In this document: positions 13,513-26,230 of the stretch, piece after piece
How positions within the stretch are numbered: position 1 is the stretch's first letter
Layout: every line of letters begins with the position of its first letter
Assembly: GCA_000165425.1 (NCBI GenBank)
Contig: CT867994.1
Span: 124,001-188,000 of the forward strand
DNA length: 64,000 nt
Origin: Paramecium tetraurelia
Lineage: Eukaryota
Direction of reading: 5' to 3'
Made by a program: the position numbers and the translations under genes
Notes under the pieces: generated by a model
The model's input: only the letters and a program-made list of their open reading frames with translations
The model's database searches: none
What the model was told of the DNA's origin: nothing

Positions 13513-15746
13513 ATGAATTAGATTTATCATGATTCTCTTCTATTGGCTCTGAAAACGTAAATCTTAGTTCCCATCACCTTGGACTGTAGATATCTCAAAG
13601 AAGCCCTATGTGAAATTTCTAACGAAAAATAGTTTTTATAAATTGAAGACTATGTCTTAAACTAGGACTTGATCGATAAGGTTAATGGACGAACAATTAA
13701 CTTGTTGATAGAGTGTATTAAAATTCTCCGAAAGTATATGTTCATAGGGTGGAATGCTAGCCCTTAATTTATTGAGGTATTTACAATTCTAAAAATAGGA
13801 CATAGTATATGAATTCATTGATAAAAGTACTGAGGACTGGGTAGAACCGCTCTTTTTTGTGCAAAGACTCCCAGAAATCAGAGTACAATTAAAAGCATAT
13901 TATAAGACATTTTAAGAAAACGCATTCGAGTAATTTATGTTGGTCATTAAATAGATTGTGTGATACTTTAATTGCCGAACTTTGTGATGATTTCTTAAAT
14001 AGTGCATAAATAAATGTGCTATTAAATGAAATTTTGGAATCTCAATTAAAAAGGGTTGCATTTGATCTTTTTGAGTTTGCCTATCTTGATACCCAAATTA
14101 CTAATGAATTTTTGGACACCCTGCAAAAATTGTTTATTGATTTGGTAACTGATTTCTTCAACTATCTCATTGATGTTGCTTGTCATGCCAACTATAAAAT
14201 GCAACAATTAGATAAACTACTCAAGGTTTATGGAAGCTTAGCAAATCAAGAGAATTACAAATATATGTAGAAGGAAATTTCATAAAATATCATTGATTAT
14301 GGTGATATCTCATTAGTAGGCCAATCATTTTAAGTGAATCCAGAGAAACACTCTGTTATTGTCAGACAAACAATCAAACATTTCTACTATGTAATGGATG
14401 AATGCAAACATTATTTTACAGCCAAACAACATAAGAATTTTGATGAATTGATTAATAATGCTCAATTTAATATCATCAAACCTCTTCCTTAAAATATTCA
14501 AATTATTCAGGATTCAGATGACCTTCCCTTAATGGAATTATGTAAAGAAATCAAAGTAATCAAATCAGTGAAAGTACAAAAAAATGATTTGAAAGGATTA
14601 AAAATTGTTGTTAAATAGGAGAAAACAAATAAAGTTCAATAATTTATTTTGAGTCTATCATATCATTATTTGATGTTTCATAAATTTGAAGAAGGTTGGG
14701 AGCCATTCGATGAAGAAAGAGAATTAAACATCATACTAGCCAAGTTTCTCAATGAATAATTTGATTATCTTCATTGTGGACATCCTGAATTTAAAAAGAG
14801 AGTTGCTAGTGAAAAGTCTATTGATAGAACTACTGATGATGTTTCTGGATTCAAAAATGCTGTCATTAAATTCAAAAAAATTAGTGCTCCTAAAAAACCA
14901 ATTAGATATGGAACATCCAATAGAGTTATAGGTGGTAAAGCACTTGGAATGGGTATTGGTGTACTTATTGTTGATTGTCTTGATGAAGATATTCCTTGGG
15001 ATGATAAATTAAAAAATGCTGGATTTACAGCTATTTCTTTTGGTGTTCTTGGCATTCTTGCATCCAGATTACCAATTGTAGGTATTATCATATAACAAGT
15101 CATTTTTGCTATGGCTGTCAAATCTATTCTAGCCAATAAGGTCATTAATGATTCTTAAACCGCAAAAAATCTTGGGCATTTGGGTCTTATTATTACTATT
15201 GGTGTAGGCATGACGATAGCAGGTAGCATCATGTTTCCAATAGCCTTTTGGGGAGCCTTTTTTGGAGGTCTTCTTGGTGGTGTAGGCATGGGTTTGTATT
15301 AAAAGTTTTTGATTCCTTATTATATGGATAATATTGTCGAGATGATGAACAAGGCAAGCAGACTGATTAGGCAAAATGGAGCAGTAAGATACAAATAGTA
15401 TGCATTACAAAAATTATAAATTGATGAGAAATTTTTAGGTACTCACAAACCATCTAATTTGGAAGATGATTAATATTTCACATTGCTTATGTTTTGTCTT
15501 AGCAATGAAATAAGGTTGATAAGCAATGCTTCATATTCAAAATAATTGGAAAAGTTGATATAAAAGAAAGCCACGGAGGAGGAGAAGTCCAATTTATTAT
15601 AAAGATAATGTTAAATTGAGGTTTCATTGAAAATTTGGAATGAAACCTATGATTATCTAAAATCACAAAATATAAGTTTGGTTGAGAATGCTAAGACCTG
15701 TGCTGAATTCGTGGATGGTATGCTCACAAATTACAAAGTTGAATGA
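13513..15746 (+). CDS. Hypothetical membrane protein with glycine-rich hydrophobic helices
   Basis: Long ORF with short introns near the 5' end. C-terminal GGKALGMGIGVLIV, GFTAISFGVLGILA and FWGAFFGGLLGGVGMG segments. Confidence 0.7.
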
Positions 15747-16174
15747 AGGAATATTTATATTTATATATATATATTTTATTGGTTATATTAAATTATTGAT
15801 ATAATTATTATTTAATTATTAAAGTATAAATTAAATACATAATAATTTAAAGTAACTAAATTATAGGACTGCCTAAAAAATGGAGGAGACCGAAGATTAT
15901 GAGCCAATTTGAAAGGTTTTCATACATTGGTTTTTTCATAAGTATATAATAGTTTTAATAAATGTTTACAATTACTTCATTTTGGAAAAGTGATAAATTG
16001 ATATTTTAGAAAAATTAAGAAAATTTAATAATTACGTCATTGGAAATAAATTAAGTTTTAAAAATAAAAGAAGAATTGAAGATTAGGAGGATTAAGATTT
16101 AATTGCTGATTAGTTATAATAAGATATAGGGCATATTTTAGTATTTGCTGAGGTTTAATTTTTAATTAAATTTA

Positions 16175-17326
16175 ATGTTCAATAATTCCAGAGATCCTCC
16201 AAGTTAAATTCTTCTACTTATTCTAACTTAATTGCCTCCTTCTTTCCCATTGACGAATGAGTACTTGCACAAGAAGTTTAATGAGTTTGGAGACCTTAAG
16301 AAAATACTTATTTTCGAAAGAGGAAAGACAAACAAGGCTTTTGTGGAATTTCATAATTTAAAGAGTGCAATAGCAGCCAGAAAACAACTGAATGGGTTGA
16401 ACATTCAAGGGGGAAAGTATTAACTTAATTTGTATGTAGAATGATAATCCATTACTCTCGACTTAAAAATCTTAATCTCGAAATCGTGGATAATTCAAGA
16501 GGAACGGATTATACTTAAGCTAGCAGCAATAGTCAAAATTCAGATTCTATACTTCATTCTAAAACAGACGACAACATCCGAGTCAACTTAACTAATCATA
16601 TTAGTCAAAGCTCGTCTTCAAGAGCGAACTCAAGTCCTGTTAGAAATGAGGAGATCAATCGGTTACTCGATTATGATGATGATGATTTTGATATTTGGAA
16701 ACAAGAAATTCAACTTAATTTGACTGACATGCATCCAGAAATACAAACCCTACTAAGATAGAAACAATCTAAATTGCTCAGAATTGCATCAATAGACACT
16801 AAAGTAACTGCAAAGATGATTTACAACGTCTTTACCAAATTTGGGAATATTGAGGAGATTCTGTATTAGAAATAATTGCAGAAGGCATATGTGAAATTCC
16901 AGACCATTAATTAGGCAACCATAGCTAAAGAATATCTCAATAACGCTCAATTCTTTGATTCAATTGTAACTATCCCCAATATTACATGTAGTTGCGCATC
17001 TATTTTGAACCCCTATAGCCGTTATAGCCAACTTCGTTGTAAGATGAATACATGATTTATTACAATGAAAACTGTACATAGAAAATTATGCCACTCTCAC
17101 CTAATCTCTTAATCACAGGAGTCTAAGATCCTACGGAAATCTCGGAATTAATCAAAATGTTTGCCAAAATTAAAGGTAAACTATATAAAAATAACTCATA
17201 GACATCAAAATTCATGTAAATAGTCTTTAACTATCAATGTGTTCCATTGCAGATACGCTTAAGATAATGGCAGTGTTTTCAGATTATGAATTTAAGAATT
17301 AGAAGTTAAACATCATTCTCAAATGA
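16175..17326 (+). CDS. PTB/hnRNP-L-like RRM protein
   Basis: FNEFGDLKKILIFERGKTNKAFVEF...IHYSRLKNL, plus a second RRM (IYNVFTKFGNIEEI...KAYVKF); three short introns. Confidence 0.8.
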
Positions 17327-17384
17327 TGATTTATTATAATATTATATAAAACAAAATGGAAAATTTATGAATAAGTTTCTAAAA

Positions 17385-18710
17385 TCACTTCTAAGCAATT
17401 TTTGTCTTCTCTCTTTACTACGAAATTATCTGATTTAACAAGTTCTATTCTTTGATAGCTTCCAATCCAGACAGTTGTTGAACTCTCTTGAGCATTGAAA
17501 TATTCAGTTTATTGGCAGTAGGTTTATCCTTGGCTACTTGAGGGTTATTATATTCTTGTGATAGAAGTTATCTTGGCAATTCAACTGAGTGATTAAGATG
17601 CTGCAATTGTTGTTTTTATTGTCTTAACAATTTTTATTTGATTTAATTTGAGTTAAGTTGTTACAAGGAGATGAAATTATTATTCTCATTAGATTCTGGA
17701 TTGTTGGTTGTTGATTTAAATTTGAGTATTTTGCCTTGAATTTCAAAATCGTTTATTCTTTCAATTGAATGTTATTTATATCTTGGAACTTGTGTTATTT
17801 GTTTGTGATCAGAAACGGATCTCTTTTATTTCTCATTTTGATATCCCTGCACACTGTGATACCTATTACTTTTGACAATTTTCAAGGGGGAATTATTCAA
17901 CAGCCTTTGCTCCTAATATTCTTTTAAATATAAATCATCTTCTTCCTATTCTTATTCTTCCATCAAATCCTAAAGGAAATCTGTAACCATAGGTAATTGA
18001 TTTAAGCTTTCCCATGTCAGACCAGTATGTCTTTATTGTGAAGAGACATTAAAACTCTAATCCTATTCCTTTATAGAAAAGGTTTTGGGTTTGGAAGGAT
18101 CAGGTAATTTCTCAATCAGTTCTTTTAAGGCTGGGTATTTAATTAACAGTTATGATTTAGTAAAGTGTTTCAGTTCAAATTACAACTTATAAAAGGCTTT
18201 CTTTTTTCTTTCTATGAGTTTCAATTATTCATTTTATTGTTTCCTTTATAATAAAATTTATTTGATTTATTCATCATTTTTGACCTCTGGATGATATATT
18301 TTAAATTGATATTTGATATCTTTAATTCTTTCAGCTTAATCTTACATTTAAAATGGTCTTTGAAATGTTTTCATTTTTTAAACACAAGCTTTCCAGTTGT
18401 CCAATCCTAAACTTGTTAAATATTGTCCACAATTTGTCCCTTCTTCGCCTGCCAAGATATTTAACAATTAAACAAACTAATCAAAATTTAGCTCCTTTGA
18501 ATTTTTAGCTTGCCTTTTGAATAACTCCAATAGTTTCGAAGTATTTATTTTCACTTAAAAATCCCTACAAAAATGCATCCAGTTACCAACAGTAAATACA
18601 GTGGCTTCATATTATTATCTATCAAAGGTGGCAAATTATCCTGGAACATACTACTGTTTGCAATAGAAGTCAAAAACTCTGCGTAAAACTTCTTTGTTTT
18701 GCATAATCAT
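17385..18710 (-). CDS. Conserved ciliate hypothetical protein
   Basis: MIMQNKEVLRRVFDFYCKQQYVPGQFATFDR...WMHFCRDF. Start is 18710 or 18704; TGA at 17385-17387. Confidence 0.65.
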
Positions 18711-19552
18711 TATTTTTATATATATAATTGCTAAAATTCTTCAATATTTTCATCCTCCTCTATCCATCTAACCCTTTTCCCCATATTCCATTCCCCTCTC
18801 TTAGTAATTCCATCTTTAGTAAATAAGCCATAACCATGTTGCTTCCCCTGATGCCAAAATCCAACATATACTCTACCATCTGGCCAAACAAATCTTCCTA
18901 TTCCCTCTTTTAATTCATCTTCATAGGGTCCATCATATAGACGACCATCTGGCCATTTCATAATTCCATTAACAAACTGATTCTTTACCCACTCTCCTCT
19001 AAATTCACTCCCATCAGCCCATTTAAAAATGCCTTATCCATGAATATCCCCCTCAAAAAAGTCTCCTCTATAATAAGATGAGTCCACAAATTCAATGTAG
19101 CCTTTGCCGTGTCGCTTGCCATCTTTATAATTCCCCTTATACACAGCCTCATCAGAAAATCGTTCAGAACCACTGCCATTTTACAAATTATGTTCCCATT
19201 TGCCTTCATAAATTGACGTATTGGTCTTCAATTAGCCCTGTCCATGGCATTCCCCCTGTTAAAAGGTGCCAATATAGAGATAGTTTTCAGCCGATAGTTT
19301 TCCTTATCCATGAAAAAGGCTATTCTCAAAGAAACCCTCATATCTCCTGCCATCATCCATAACCAAAATACCCCAGCCATGCATTCTATTATCCTCCATT
19401 TAACCATGATATCGTCCGCCCTCCACTATAATCCAATCTCTCTATGTTTGCTCATCATCCTCTTCTGTTCTATAGAGGTGATGCAAATTTAAATAAGTCT
19501 CATGCAACACCAATTCTCTTTAATTAACAGACTAAGATGTGCAACAACCCAT
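18707..19552 (-). CDS. MORN-repeat protein with N-terminal MGCC acylation-like motif
   Basis: Repeated YEG..W/F.....HG.G...WPDG units; the frame continues past the ORF-track end through TAG/TAA codons to TGA at 18709-18707. Confidence 0.9.
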
Positions 19553-19576
19553 TCAGTTAATTTAAATAATTAAAAA

Positions 19577-19909
19577 ATGGAACAAAATTTAGATGAAAAG
19601 ATGTATGCCATAGATCAAAAATAAAAAGATAAATTTCCACTCACGAATTAGATATCTTAGGATTTTGAAGACGATACACACATATACCGAATAATAAGAC
19701 TGGGAAGGGAATCTGTGAGACTTATGCAGGAGTTTAAATGGGAGAGTATCATATTTAATTATTCTTTTCTAGAAAAGCTTCTCAAAGAAGAAGAATGGAG
19801 ACGACTGAGAGTGTATTAACGTCGAGGATGGTTACATTATGCCATTTTTGAGAAGGAACCATACGTTTTGTTATTCAAAAGAAAGATTACCAAAAATAAG
19901 AGATCCTGA
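19577..19909 (+). CDS. Divergent cyclin-dependent kinase regulatory subunit (Cks/Suc1 family)
   Basis: DDTHIYRII...LLKEEEWRRLRVYQRRGWLHYAIFEKEPYVLLFKR; one short intron. Confidence 0.85.
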
Positions 19910-20019
19910 AAAACTCTGATTTTAGATGTTTGTATCATTAAGTATTTCTATTTTATTAAGTTTCATATTATCACTATTTGATTTAATAAATTATTATTAT
20001 TTAATAATTAAATCTAATA

Positions 20020-20953
20020 ATGTCTAACATATTAAGACTCTGCCCAAAATGCTAAGCAAGTCCTGCCACAATCTAGTGCATTGATTGCGAAGAAAAAATG
20101 TGCTATACTTGTGATCAGAAGGTACATACAAAATTGAAATAACACAAAACTGATATAATCCCGTATTCATGTACAATATATATTAAAAAAGAGATGAAAT
20201 AGATTAAATCAGCCTAATTTATAATTAGTGGCATCAAAGACCACTCTAATGTATCATTAGAATTGCAATAAGAACTTAATGAATTAGAAGCTATGATCGA
20301 GGCCAAATAATCATTCCTAAGCAAGTAAGAGTAGAAGTGGAGCACATAAATCAGTTCTCTTGAAACCTAATATGAAAAGAAATTATTAGATTTTGAAAAA
20401 GAAATTGAAAACAATGAAAATTAATTTAAGAATTATTAGTCTAGTGGAAATACAACTTTTACAATTGCTGACATAAAATAATCAATGGAAGCATAACAGC
20501 AGTAAATATTTATATTTTATAAATAGATAAGCTTGGAAAGAGCTGAATGAGAGGAAAGCTGCACTATAAGATAAAGAAAATCTACTCTAAGACATGATTG
20601 AAGCTGAGAAGATTTGTTTAAAAGAAATTGCATAGAAGGAGAAATTGATCAATCAGTTTAAAGATTTATTATCTTAGTAATAAGCTGAAAGAGATCTTAT
20701 AAAATAAGAAAATCAAAAAATACTGGCATAATTAGAATCCATAAAGGCCTTATGTAAGAAAAGTTTGCCTTAGTATGGAATTAAAGTTGATTTTTTGGAT
20801 AAATTGGGAAAAGGGAATAAAATTAAGAAAAATGAATAAGTAGATGAACAAGATGAAGAATATGAGGAGGATGAATAATAAGATTAAAATGGAGATGAAG
20901 AAGAAGAGGATGAAAACTAAAATGATGATGATTAATAGGAAGAATAATAATGA
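20020..20953 (+). CDS. B-box zinc finger plus coiled-coil protein with acidic tail
   Basis: CPKCQASPATIQCIDCEEKMCYTCDQKVH, followed by a heptad-rich region and a D/E/Q-rich C-terminus; TGA at 20951-20953. Confidence 0.75.
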
Positions 20954-20999
20954 TTTTATATTCATTTTTAAACAAAATTAAATTTATAAATTATTACAA

Positions 21000-23647
21000 T
21001 CATTTATATCCAACAAATAAATTAAATGCTACAACAATTAAACCAATCGAATAATTTCTCAAAAGTACTGAGATACTGTGATAATCTTAATTTGACTAAT
21101 TAATGAATTAATTGATTAAATTAATTATCAGACCATATATAATACCTTCAATTTATTATAACACCTATTTAATAGGTTTAACCATAATAAAAACATGTTT
21201 GCTAAATAGCAATCCTATATAGACATCTTAAACAGACTTAAAATATCCATAGTAATAGGCAACCAGCAATTCAACAATTAAAATAGAATGCAATTTATAT
21301 AGTTTCCTAGTGGTATTCCTATCAATGATTCTACCTTGTTTCATATATGGACCTCTGTGCATCACATAGGTTTGCACATCTGAATTGCATTATTTTTGTA
21401 CTTAATGTGAAAAATGATTCAAAGCTAAATAGAAGATGATGAAGGTTGGAATTGGCATAATGAAAATGTTATCAGATAAAATGGCAGAGGCAATTGCAAA
21501 TATCATTATAGTTTATGAAGTACAAGCCTAGGCATAGGAGTATGACAAAATATAGAAATACACCGCCCTTCCTTAACTTATACACTCGTACATGGAGGAT
21601 ATGTAACTGTAATCAGTTTACTCGAGATGATTAAATAGTTTGATGCAGGATCTAGACTCATGTGGTCCAATACTAACATGAGCCATTTCCATAGCTTTTC
21701 CATCATTTTCCTCTCCTTTGATAAATATTATCTTGTCATAGAGTTTAAGCAAATTTATCAATTGCTCTTTTCTATCAGCATTCCCTCCAATGATAATGTT
21801 TTTATTTTTGATTTCCTCATATAGCTTTTATTAATCAATAATTCCTTAGAATTGGAATTTCTACTTTTATTATTCCAACCATTCCAAAGTCTTGCTCGAT
21901 TAAATCTTTTCTAGTTTCAAATGATCCAAAGTGGGACAAGCAAGTCTTCTACTCAAAAATACAAATTTATTCTTCTATTCAAAACTACTGCTAAGCAATG
22001 TACCTTCGACATATCTATCCTCAATTTCATCTTCTTTCACAAGACCTGTTTGAATTGCTGTTTTTTAAGCCTCTTCCAATTATAATTGAGTGAAGTATCT
22101 AATATTTATTTATGATTTACTAAACATAGTCACTTTATTATCTATCTTATCAATAATCATTTCGTTTACTTACCCCAACCAATATAATGAAAGATAATCC
22201 TATATATAAATACTTCTGTGTCTGCATTTCTTTATCACATAAATCATAAACAAATTGATCAATGAAAGCAATTAAGATGGAATAGTAATAATTGATAATT
22301 ATGATAAATATAATAGGATTTGAGTAATGTTGATCAAATAAGTATTCCTGAAAAGTAATATTATTAATAAAATAAGTAAGCTAATGATACATTGTATTCC
22401 AATCTTATTCATAAGGGATTCAATCTTAAAAGCAAAAGGATTATACATAGAATTCTATTTCAAATAGGTTGTTCTTTATTTTTCTGTCTTTGTGTCTTCT
22501 AAAAATGACTGTTTGTATTAAATGTAATCAGATGATTGTTATCCAACACTACAAACAAGCAATTATCCAGATCCCTTTATTATTTGAGAACCAGCAAAAA
22601 TGAAGTTGTCAACCAAACTTAAGTTGGATTGTAATTACTCATCATGTGAACCATTCGATTCTTTGACTTCATCTATGTTTTTGACTTCATGAGTGTTAAA
22701 AAGATTAGGAAATGGTTACAACACCTCAATTCCATTACATTTAGATAATTTAGTTATTATACCATCACATTATATAAAATCTCCCTGCTTGAAAATCAGT
22801 ATGTCTCCAACAACCAATTAACTATTATGAATTTAAATTGTGTCATCTCCATTTCTTAATACATTACAACGCTTTACTAAATGCTTACTCCTCTCTTTTA
22901 TATCATTCTAGTGTTACACTATCTCTTTGTTGTATTATTATTTGATCACTCCCTTATAGACAACCATTATTATCAACATTATTATATAAAACAAGTAGAT
23001 CTACATGTTTTCATGGAAATATATTATGATATTGATAGTTGTTATTATCAATAATAATTAAAATAATCTTTCTTTTTGAAATTGCTCAATTATAATTTAC
23101 AGTACACTTTTAATTGCTATCTAAGGCTTTTCATTCTTTCCAAAGTACTTTTCTCTCATTTTCAAGTCTTAATCGTTGGTGTCATCCAAGCCTTACTTTA
23201 TGCAAGTCTTTAAAAAGTTCTATAAACCATAAATGCCTCCTAGTTGATTGAGTTTTTCTAATTAGATTTTTAATTTTTTCTCTTTCAAATCCTTCTCTTT
23301 ATCATGTTTTGTTAAAGTGCTTTGAGCTTCTTTTAGTATTTAATTCATATCAAATATTTCTAATAATTTCTCATATTAAAATCCAAAATAATGATCATCA
23401 TTTTGCTATTATTTATTTTCATTTTTCTTCCATCCTTTTAGAAGTGTCTTCCATTAACCTTTTGCTTCCAATATCTATTACATTTATTGGATTCTATCTC
23501 TAAGATTTCATCCTTTTTTTAATGCTTCTCAAAATCATTCAAATCTAAACTTCTAAGAACTTGCATCTCTATCATTTAAGCTCTTTGTTCCGATTCTCGA
23601 TGGAGTTTTAATAAGGGACTGTGTAATTAATCTGTCTCATTTTACAT
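21000..23647 (-). CDS. PMCA-like P-type ATPase homologue lacking the N domain, with degenerate catalytic motifs (874 aa)
   Basis: LGGIYGLQNFLKT...REKYFGKN, VLRNG...LVVGDI...GDFIQCDG, FIFAGSQIIKGSG, GRAVY and MHRGPY. One 23-nt intron (23459-23481); no internal TGA. Confidence 0.85.
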
Positions 23648-24734
23648 ACTTACTTAATTTATTATATTATATCAAAGTAATAATTAAATTAATATACATA
23701 ATAGAATATAGTCTTAATTGTAAGTTCAATCTTCTCGTTACATCTACATACATAGTGTTTATAAAACATAAATATTTCAATAATCAAATGTGAAGTGAGC
23801 TTCTATTTCTAATATTGTTGAAGAGTTACCTTCTAGGAAACTAATCAATAATTTATCTACTTAGGTTTTTGGTATTATTATATATTATATCTAAAAAAGT
23901 TTAAATTCAAGAATTGCCTTTTTATAGCCATAAATCAAAGTTTTACTTAATAAAATTATTATGATAGAACTAAAACTATCCAATAAATACACTATAATTA
24001 GTTGTACTGTCCTATTAGAGTAAATTGTATGCATACAACATTACTATTTAATCATTTGGACAAGCAATCAGTAAATACAATGACTAAAGGATGATTATTT
24101 AATAATTGATTATTCTCAGAACTATAATGTAATTAATACTCTTTAAATTTTAGTAGATAATAATCAAAATCAAAGGAACATGTGGAGTTCACTTTAAAAA
24201 AAGAAAAAAATTTCTTAAATAATTAATATTACACCAGTATTTTGTAAAACTGCATAAAATACATTCATTAAAACTGTTACATTTACAAATTATATACCAA
24301 CTTAAAATTATTATTAAGCTAGCGTCCTTTATCAATTTGCGAAAATATAATTGTTAAGTGACAAACCATGATTTCATAATTAAATTATTTCTACAAAATC
24401 ATTTGTATTTACAAATCCAAGAAAAACCTATTTAAAATAATGAAGGTATAATTAGATGATTTAAACTTGATTGACTCCCGTTTAAAAGAGGTGTATAATC
24501 GTCATTCTTTGACGAAAGGTCATCATTGTCAGAAATTAAGTTCATTTCATTATTTAGTCTATTAATTCAGATAAACCATAAACTAAGTTTTGTTTAGAAA
24601 GCTGTGACAAATATTATAATATCAAAGTAACACTCTATATAAATAAATAATGCGAAGGGAAAGATATCTAAAGTTGTAAAATAACTTTACATTTTTCTTA
24701 TTATATATTAATATATATTAGATATAATCATAAT

Positions 24735-26223
24735 TCACTTAATTTTAAAAGTTTGTCTATATTTTTCTTTTCCTTTTTCACCTTATATGTATCCTCATGA
24801 ACAATCTCTGATGCATGATAGTCTGAAACTTATTGTTTTGTTTCAACAACTTTATAGGCATTTGCTGAATCAACATGAAATTTTAGTTTATGATTCAGCC
24901 AATGATATTTATCATTTTAAATTTTCTCATCCTTGAGTCTCTCTTGAAACTTTCTTACTTTTTCCTCAAATGCCTCATTATGGGATTGTTCTTTCATATT
25001 TTGGATAAACCTTGCTCTCCTTTATTCCACAGTAGATTATAGCATTTTTTCATGTTGTAACCTATCTCTAATCATGGGATTATTTGATCCAAATTTATTC
25101 TCTTTAAATTACAGGAAGTCTGCTTTTAATTTTTCATATTCCTCCAACTATTTCTCTCTTTATTATCTTTATTCTTCATCTTCGATTTCTGAGGATTCAG
25201 ACTCAGAAGATTCTGATTCTGATTCATTGAAAATGTATTGAACTTCTCCTTTTGCATTCTTTTTAATTTTGTAATTTAATAATTGTTTATCTTCAGCTGG
25301 GATATTTTCTAAATACTTTTCATTCATTGATATATTTTTATTAGCATACTAAGCAATCTATTCTTTGTTGATTTAAGTGTTACTTTATTGAGTAATCTTT
25401 TATTTGAGTTAGAGAATCTTATTTTCTTCTTCTAATTTCTTCTGTTTTTTAATCCTATGTAAATAATGAGAAATAAATACTCTAATTCTTCTTGGGATAC
25501 AGCAAATTCCTTTTTCAATTTAGGATCATTAAGTACATCATGACTATTGAAGATCTTATTTGGTTATTGTTCCTCATTATCTTCTTCGTCACCAAAGGAC
25601 AAGACATTGATATTTTTTTACTTCTATTTAGGTTTTTAAATTGGTTTCTAGTTTATTTTTTCTTAGACTTAGTTAATTTCTTTTTCAGGAGATTTTGGCT
25701 TAACCCCCTCGGTGATTGTCAAATTAAATGGATCTATAACTACTTATGCACTTTTTATAAAGATTGGTGTCACTGGCTAATCATTTTCATCGGTGTCGAC
25801 TCCATTCATAGCCATCAAATTGAAAATGGTCTTTCCTACTACCATGCCAAATATCGTATGTCTCTTTTACAACCAAGGACAAGAATCCAATGTTATAAAA
25901 AACTATGACTCATTGGTATTAGGACCTTCATTACTATATGCTAGAATTCCCCTTGTGCAAAAAGTGAGTCTGGAATGAAATTCATCTTCAAATGGTTAGC
26001 CATACATTGATTTTCCTCCCTCTCCTGTTCCTGTGGGATCACCTCCTTGAATCATGAAATTAGGAAACAATCTATGAAAGCGACAATTATCATAATATCC
26101 ATTCAAACACAATTGAATGAAGTTTCTGCATCCCTTAGGCACTTCCTTACACCATAATTCAATTTCTAATTCTCCATGGGATGTATCCATAATAATCTTG
26201 CCTGATGTTTATGGAAATTACAT
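24735..26223 (-). CDS. CWC27: Spliceosomal cyclophilin-type protein
   Basis: GKIIMDTSHGELEIELWCKEVPKGCRNFIQLCL...QGGDPTGTGEGG...FEDEFHSRL, then LSFGDEE and a C-terminal HKLKFH. Confidence 0.9.
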
Positions 26224-26230
26224 TAAAATT

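Noticed and set aside
22099..22120. 22-nt GT..AG candidate intron in the P-type ATPase homologue
   Set aside because: Splicing it causes a premature TGA. The unspliced frame is open and aligns with the P-domain segment.
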